In this document: positions 60,231 through 64,000 of the stretch, one piece after another
Numbering within the stretch: position 1 is the first letter of the stretch
How the letters are laid out: each line of letters begins with the position of its first letter
Assembly: GCA_963751455.1 (NCBI GenBank)
Contig: CAVVUN010000009.1
Coordinates: 160,001-224,000, forward strand
Direction of reading: 5' to 3'
Origin: Nitrospirota bacterium
Lineage (GTDB): Bacteria; Nitrospirota; UBA9217
Length of the DNA: 64,000 nucleotides
Notes under the pieces: model-generated
The model's input: the letters and a program-made list of their open reading frames with translations, nothing else
Told to the model about the DNA's origin: nothing
Databases searched by the model: none
Made by a program: the position numbers and the translations under genes

Positions 60231-60386
60231 TGGGACGCAGAAAAATCGGATGAACGCAGATTTTCAAAATAGAACCGAAATCGCAATTGTCCTTTTTGGA
60301 AAAATGCCAATCAATCAGCTTTTTGGTTTGTCCGCGAAAATCCGCGTTTATCGTTCGACTAAGCTCACGCCGAAGTCTGCGTCCAA
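60231..60386. repeat. Inverted 9-mer element, same left arm as 45748
   Basis: tgggacgcagaaaaatcggatgaacgcaga shared with 45749; right arm carries a 25-nt insert. Confidence 0.65.
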
Positions 60387-60431
60387 TTGCCGTTTCTTGG
60401 TTAATCTGTCATTCCGCAATCCGAAATTGAA

Positions 60432-61661
60432 ATGATTAACATTCCATCTGTCATAAAAATCGCATCCCGCGCTCTCTGGGTCAACAAGATGCGCTCGGCT
60501 CTCACCATGCTCGGGATCATCATCGGCGTTGCGGCCGTTATCGCCATGGTGGCGGTAGGGGCGGGGGCAAGCAGAAAGATCGCCGATTTCATCGCGAGCA
60601 TCGGCAGCAATATCCTGATGGTCGTTCCGGGAGCAACTACCTCTGGAGGAGTCCGCATGGGAGCGGGCACTCAGTCGACGCTCACCTTGAGCGATGCTGA
60701 GGCCATACAGAAGGAGTGCCCGGCTGTGTCGGATGTTGCCCCTGTTTTGAACGGCGTTGCGCAGGTCGTGTACGGCCATCAGAACTGGTCCACGGGTATC
60801 TCGGGAACTACTCCGAGCATGCTGACCGGAAGGGACTGGACGCTCTCGGCAGGCAGGCCCTTTACGGAACAGGACGTCAAAAGCGGGACCAAGGTTTGTT
60901 TGTTAGGTCAGACAGTCGTGGATAATCTTTTCGGCGACATGGATCCCACAGGACAGGTGATCCGCATCAAAAATATTCCTTTCACCGTTCTCGGAGTGCT
61001 TTCGACGAAAGGACCGTCGCCTTCCGGCCAGGACCAGGACGACACCATATTTATTCCGATAACCACTGCCCAGAAAAAGGTTTTCGGGACCGCGTTCCCC
61101 GGCATGGTGCGGATTATATATATCAAGGCGAAGAGCACTGAGGACTTGTACGCTGCGGAACGCCAGATTATTGACCTGATGAGACAGAGACATCGTATCG
61201 GGCCGAAGCAGGACAATGATTTTTCGGTCAGGAACCTCACCCAGATGCTGCAGGCCCAGGAGGAGTCGGCGAAAATGATGACCATGCTTCTCGGGATCAT
61301 TGCATCCGTTTCGCTCATCGTGGGCGGCATAGGAATCATGAATATCATGTTGGTCTCCGTGACCGAGAGGACCCGAGAGATCGGTATACGCATGTCGGTC
61401 GGCGCAAAGACCTGGGACATCAGGCTCCAGTTCATCATCGAGGCGCTTGCGTTGTCGCTCATCGGCGGAGTGATCGGGATAATCCTCGGCGTCTCCACGA
61501 CGGTTATTCTTTCATCCGCCTCCGGCTGGCCCACTGTCATTTCACCTCTTTCGATCCTGCTCGCGTTCAGCTTTTCCGGAATGATCGGGATCTTCTTCGG
61601 CTTTTATCCTGCCTATAAAGCATCGCTTCTTAGTCCGATAGACGCGCTGAGGTATGAATAA
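60432..61661 (+). CDS. MacB-like ABC permease
   Basis: NKMRSALTMLGIIIGV, GGIGIMNIMLVSVTERTREIGIR, PIDALRYE. Confidence 0.95.
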   Translation: MINIPSVIKIASRALWVNKMRSALTMLGIIIGVAAVIAMVAVGAGASRKIADFIASIGSNILMVVPGATTSGGVRMGAGTQSTLTLSDAEAIQKECPAVSDVAPVLNGVAQVVYGHQNWSTGISGTTPSMLTGRDWTLSAGRPFTEQDVKSGTKVCLLGQTVVDNLFGDMDPTGQVIRIKNIPFTVLGVLSTKGPSPSGQDQDDTIFIPITTAQKKVFGTAFPGMVRIIYIKAKSTEDLYAAERQIIDLMRQRHRIGPKQDNDFSVRNLTQMLQAQEESAKMMTMLLGIIASVSLIVGGIGIMNIMLVSVTERTREIGIRMSVGAKTWDIRLQFIIEALALSLIGGVIGIILGVSTTVILSSASGWPTVISPLSILLAFSFSGMIGIFFGFYPAYKASLLSPIDALRYE

Positions 61662-62343
61662 AAAGAATTTTTTAAGGATTCACGAACAAAATGAATTCTG
61701 AGCCTCTGTAATTGAAACCACTTGAAATCCTTAACATCTTATCTTAAAGCGCGAAAAAAACATTTTTTAAAAATATCATTCCCTACGTAGTTCTACGGAT
61801 AGATAAACCGCAGTCAGTTCTGTATTGTAGTTTTTTATATCCCCGTCACAAATTCTAAATTTACTACCCTTAAAATACCCCGTCTAAACTAAAGAAATTT
61901 GTTGACAGTTATAGCAACAGTTTGATAGTGTTTGTTTCGTATAAAAACATCCTTTCGAATTGCTTTCGCAAAATAATATCATTTTTTCGCCCTCCATCTA
62001 TGCGCGGCTTTTCTCGCGTGAAAAGCCATTACTGTTCCGGACAGTTATTCGTTTTTGAATTTTTAAAAAAATTGCTCTCTCTCTCTTTCTTTTTTGAGAC
62101 TTATCAGAAATCTTAAAAAACCAGAAGAGATGCGGACCTTCAACATACACAAAGTTATCGAAATCCGTATCCCCGAGAGAATGTCCTACTAGTATCGACG
62201 TCAATGTAACAGGTTCGATTTGAAGGAGAAGCAAAAGATATCTCTCGTGAAGGAAAATAATTTCGAAATTAAAGTAATCGTGACATAAGTCAAAGTAAAA
62301 ATATTGAATTTCTAGCACACATTTTTGACTCAGGGGGGCAGTC

Positions 62344-62757
62344 ATGAAAAAAATAATTCTTGTTTCTGTTTTGGGCTTTTTCTTTACGTTCAAGCTTTAT
62401 GCAGCAGACGGAGATATGATAGTGAATGGCAAACTCGGCATTGGCATTGGGACTTCCAGTCCTCAAGAAAATTTGCATATTCAGGAAAACGGGGTAGCGC
62501 GTTTGCGTATTGCGGGTTCTGGAGATGGAACAGATGCGGCAGAAATTAATTTATATGATACTACAGATAATAAATTTTGGATGATTGGGAGAAGAGATAA
62601 GGATTTCAGCGGTTCTAATCGTTTAATCTTTTCTTTTTTTGACGGGAATTGGCATCAACCTCTAGATTTATTGCCTGATGGAAGTTCAGTTTTTAACGGC
62701 AATGTCGGCATTTCAGGAAATTTACGCGTTCCCGCGGATAATTTTGGGATAAATGTT
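62344..62757 (+). pseudogene. Secreted protein with GIGTxxP/GNVGI tail-fibre-like motifs, truncated by IS
   Basis: Signal peptide; GKLGIGIGTSSPQENLHI, NGNVGI; ORF runs into IS left end at 62758 (chimeric stop at 62847). Confidence 0.6.
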
Positions 62758-64000
62758 GATGATCTCGTAAGAACGAACTGTCGTGATTCAGCCAAAATAA
62801 ATCGCGCAAAACATCATATTTCCTTTGCAGTACAAGGGGTTTTGTGATACACAACAGCATCACCTATCGCAATCAAGGAGCCAGAATGATCCACATCAAG
62901 GATCACAAAACCCCCGACATGTTCGATCCCTTTCCCTTCCTGGGACCTAAACGTAAACAGCGCATCGAGGGGTCCTGGGCAAAGGTATTTCGGGAGCATA
63001 TTCTTACCACGCTGCCAGTCGAGAAAATTTTCTCAAAATACGATCCGGTTTTCAGAGCGCCGACCAAGGAACTCTATTCCATGATCGGCCTCATGGTCCT
63101 CCAGCAGATGAACGACCTGACCGACGAAGAAGCCGTAGACCAGTTTGCCTATAATCTCCAGTGGCATTATGCCCTGAACATCACAAGCGCGGCGGACACC
63201 GCCGCTTATGTCAGCCCCAAGACCCTCTGGAACATGCGCGACCTCCTGATCGAACGGAACCTCTACCAAGTTATCTTTGAAGAAGTCGTCACGATGCTTG
63301 CCGATGTATTCAAAGTCGATGTCGCCAAGCAGCGCTTCGACTCGGTCCACATCTACTCCAATATGCGCCACTTGGGCCGGCTCGGCCTGTTCGTAAAGAC
63401 TATTAAGAAGTTCCTGGTGAACCTCAAGCGTCACCATAAAGACCTCTATGAATCATTAGAGACGGCCATCACCGACCGGTACATGACCAAACAGGGAGAT
63501 GCCGTCTTCTCGATGGTCAGACCCTCGGAATCGATAAACACGCTAAGGACGCTGGCCAACGACGTGTTCAGCCTGGTGGAACGGTTCAGAGGAAACGAGC
63601 CAATTACCACCATGAACACCTATCAGCTCCTTGTCCGGCTGCTTAAGGAACAATGCATCGTGGAACGCGTTGATACGCATACAACCCTGGTCTCGGTCAA
63701 GGCCAACAAGGACGTGCCTTCCGATTCTCTGCAAAACCCTTCCGACCCCGACGCCGGGTATGACGGCCACAAGGGCAAGGGCTACCAGGTGCAGGTCGCC
63801 GAAAGCTACGGCACGTCCGAGGATACCAACACCCTGAATTTGATCACCAGTGTGATCGTAGAACCTGCCCACAAGCACGACACCCATGCCACTATTCCGC
63901 TTATCGAATCAACGGAGAAGTTGGGTCTGAAACCGGAAGCGGTCATTGCCGACACCCCCTATGGCAGCGACGAGAACTGCGAGAAGGCAAAGACCATGGG
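62758..64000 (+). mobile_element. DDE insertion sequence (ISNCY/ISDol1-like or IS1182-related), right end outside window
   Basis: Putative left end GATGATCTCGTAAGAACG resembles MITE B end; transposase follows. Confidence 0.7.
62886..64000 (+). CDS. Transposase (DUF772 + DDE type), 3' partial; absent from ORF track
   Basis: RBS AAGGAG; MIHIKDH..., LTDEEAV, QWHYAL, QRFDSVHI, SLQNPSDPDAGY, KGYQVQVAE, IADTPYGS. Confidence 0.88.
   Translation, partial: MIHIKDHKTPDMFDPFPFLGPKRKQRIEGSWAKVFREHILTTLPVEKIFSKYDPVFRAPTKELYSMIGLMVLQQMNDLTDEEAVDQFAYNLQWHYALNITSAADTAAYVSPKTLWNMRDLLIERNLYQVIFEEVVTMLADVFKVDVAKQRFDSVHIYSNMRHLGRLGLFVKTIKKFLVNLKRHHKDLYESLETAITDRYMTKQGDAVFSMVRPSESINTLRTLANDVFSLVERFRGNEPITTMNTYQLLVRLLKEQCIVERVDTHTTLVSVKANKDVPSDSLQNPSDPDAGYDGHKGKGYQVQVAESYGTSEDTNTLNLITSVIVEPAHKHDTHATIPLIESTEKLGLKPEAVIADTPYGSDENCEKAKTM

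Noticed and set aside
61662-62343. ORFs in the AT-rich intergenic stretch
   Set aside because: Low-complexity Phe/Lys-rich translations without motifs or RBS

Overview
Bacterial chromosomal window. Gene order and protein styles suggest Nitrospirota or a deltaproteobacterial-type lineage (inference). 1-4.3 kb is a mobile hotspot: a partial HEPN-motif gene, a RAYT-type HUH transposase bracketed by a perfect 28-bp inverted repeat, an intact IS66 with an 8-bp TSD, and two integron attC-like sites around a lipoprotein cassette, with no integrase in view. 4.6-14.5 kb holds accessory and decaying genes (YeeE/YedE pair, ATPase, frameshifted Nal1-like protease, GlcG-like pseudogene, orphan EboD-like cyclase). 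14.6-33.3 kb is a core block (ROK kinase, lepA, lepB, yicC, remA, gmk, rpoZ, coaBC, TPR, mglC-like, aroQ, pepP, efp, accB, accC, thiE, livK, livH, purH-like) with two candidate structured RNAs. A chemosensory insert (cheW, PstS-like protein, periplasmic-CZB MCP) splits the liv operon. A CbcA/CbcB-like heptaheme cytochrome c plus cytochrome b pair converges on an uncharacterised cluster (secreted His/Cys-rich beta-propeller with CxxCH, ABC exporter, TPR, NosL, DUF4418). After rpmB comes a TetR-TolC-RND-MacAB efflux operon interrupted by an IS200, and a DDE IS truncates a secreted protein at the right edge. Intergenic DNA is full of inverted 7/8/9-mer microrepeat elements, two MITE families with TSDs, and 20-27 nt hairpin insertions. 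No rRNA, tRNA or CRISPR array was seen. All product calls come from motif recognition, not database searches.
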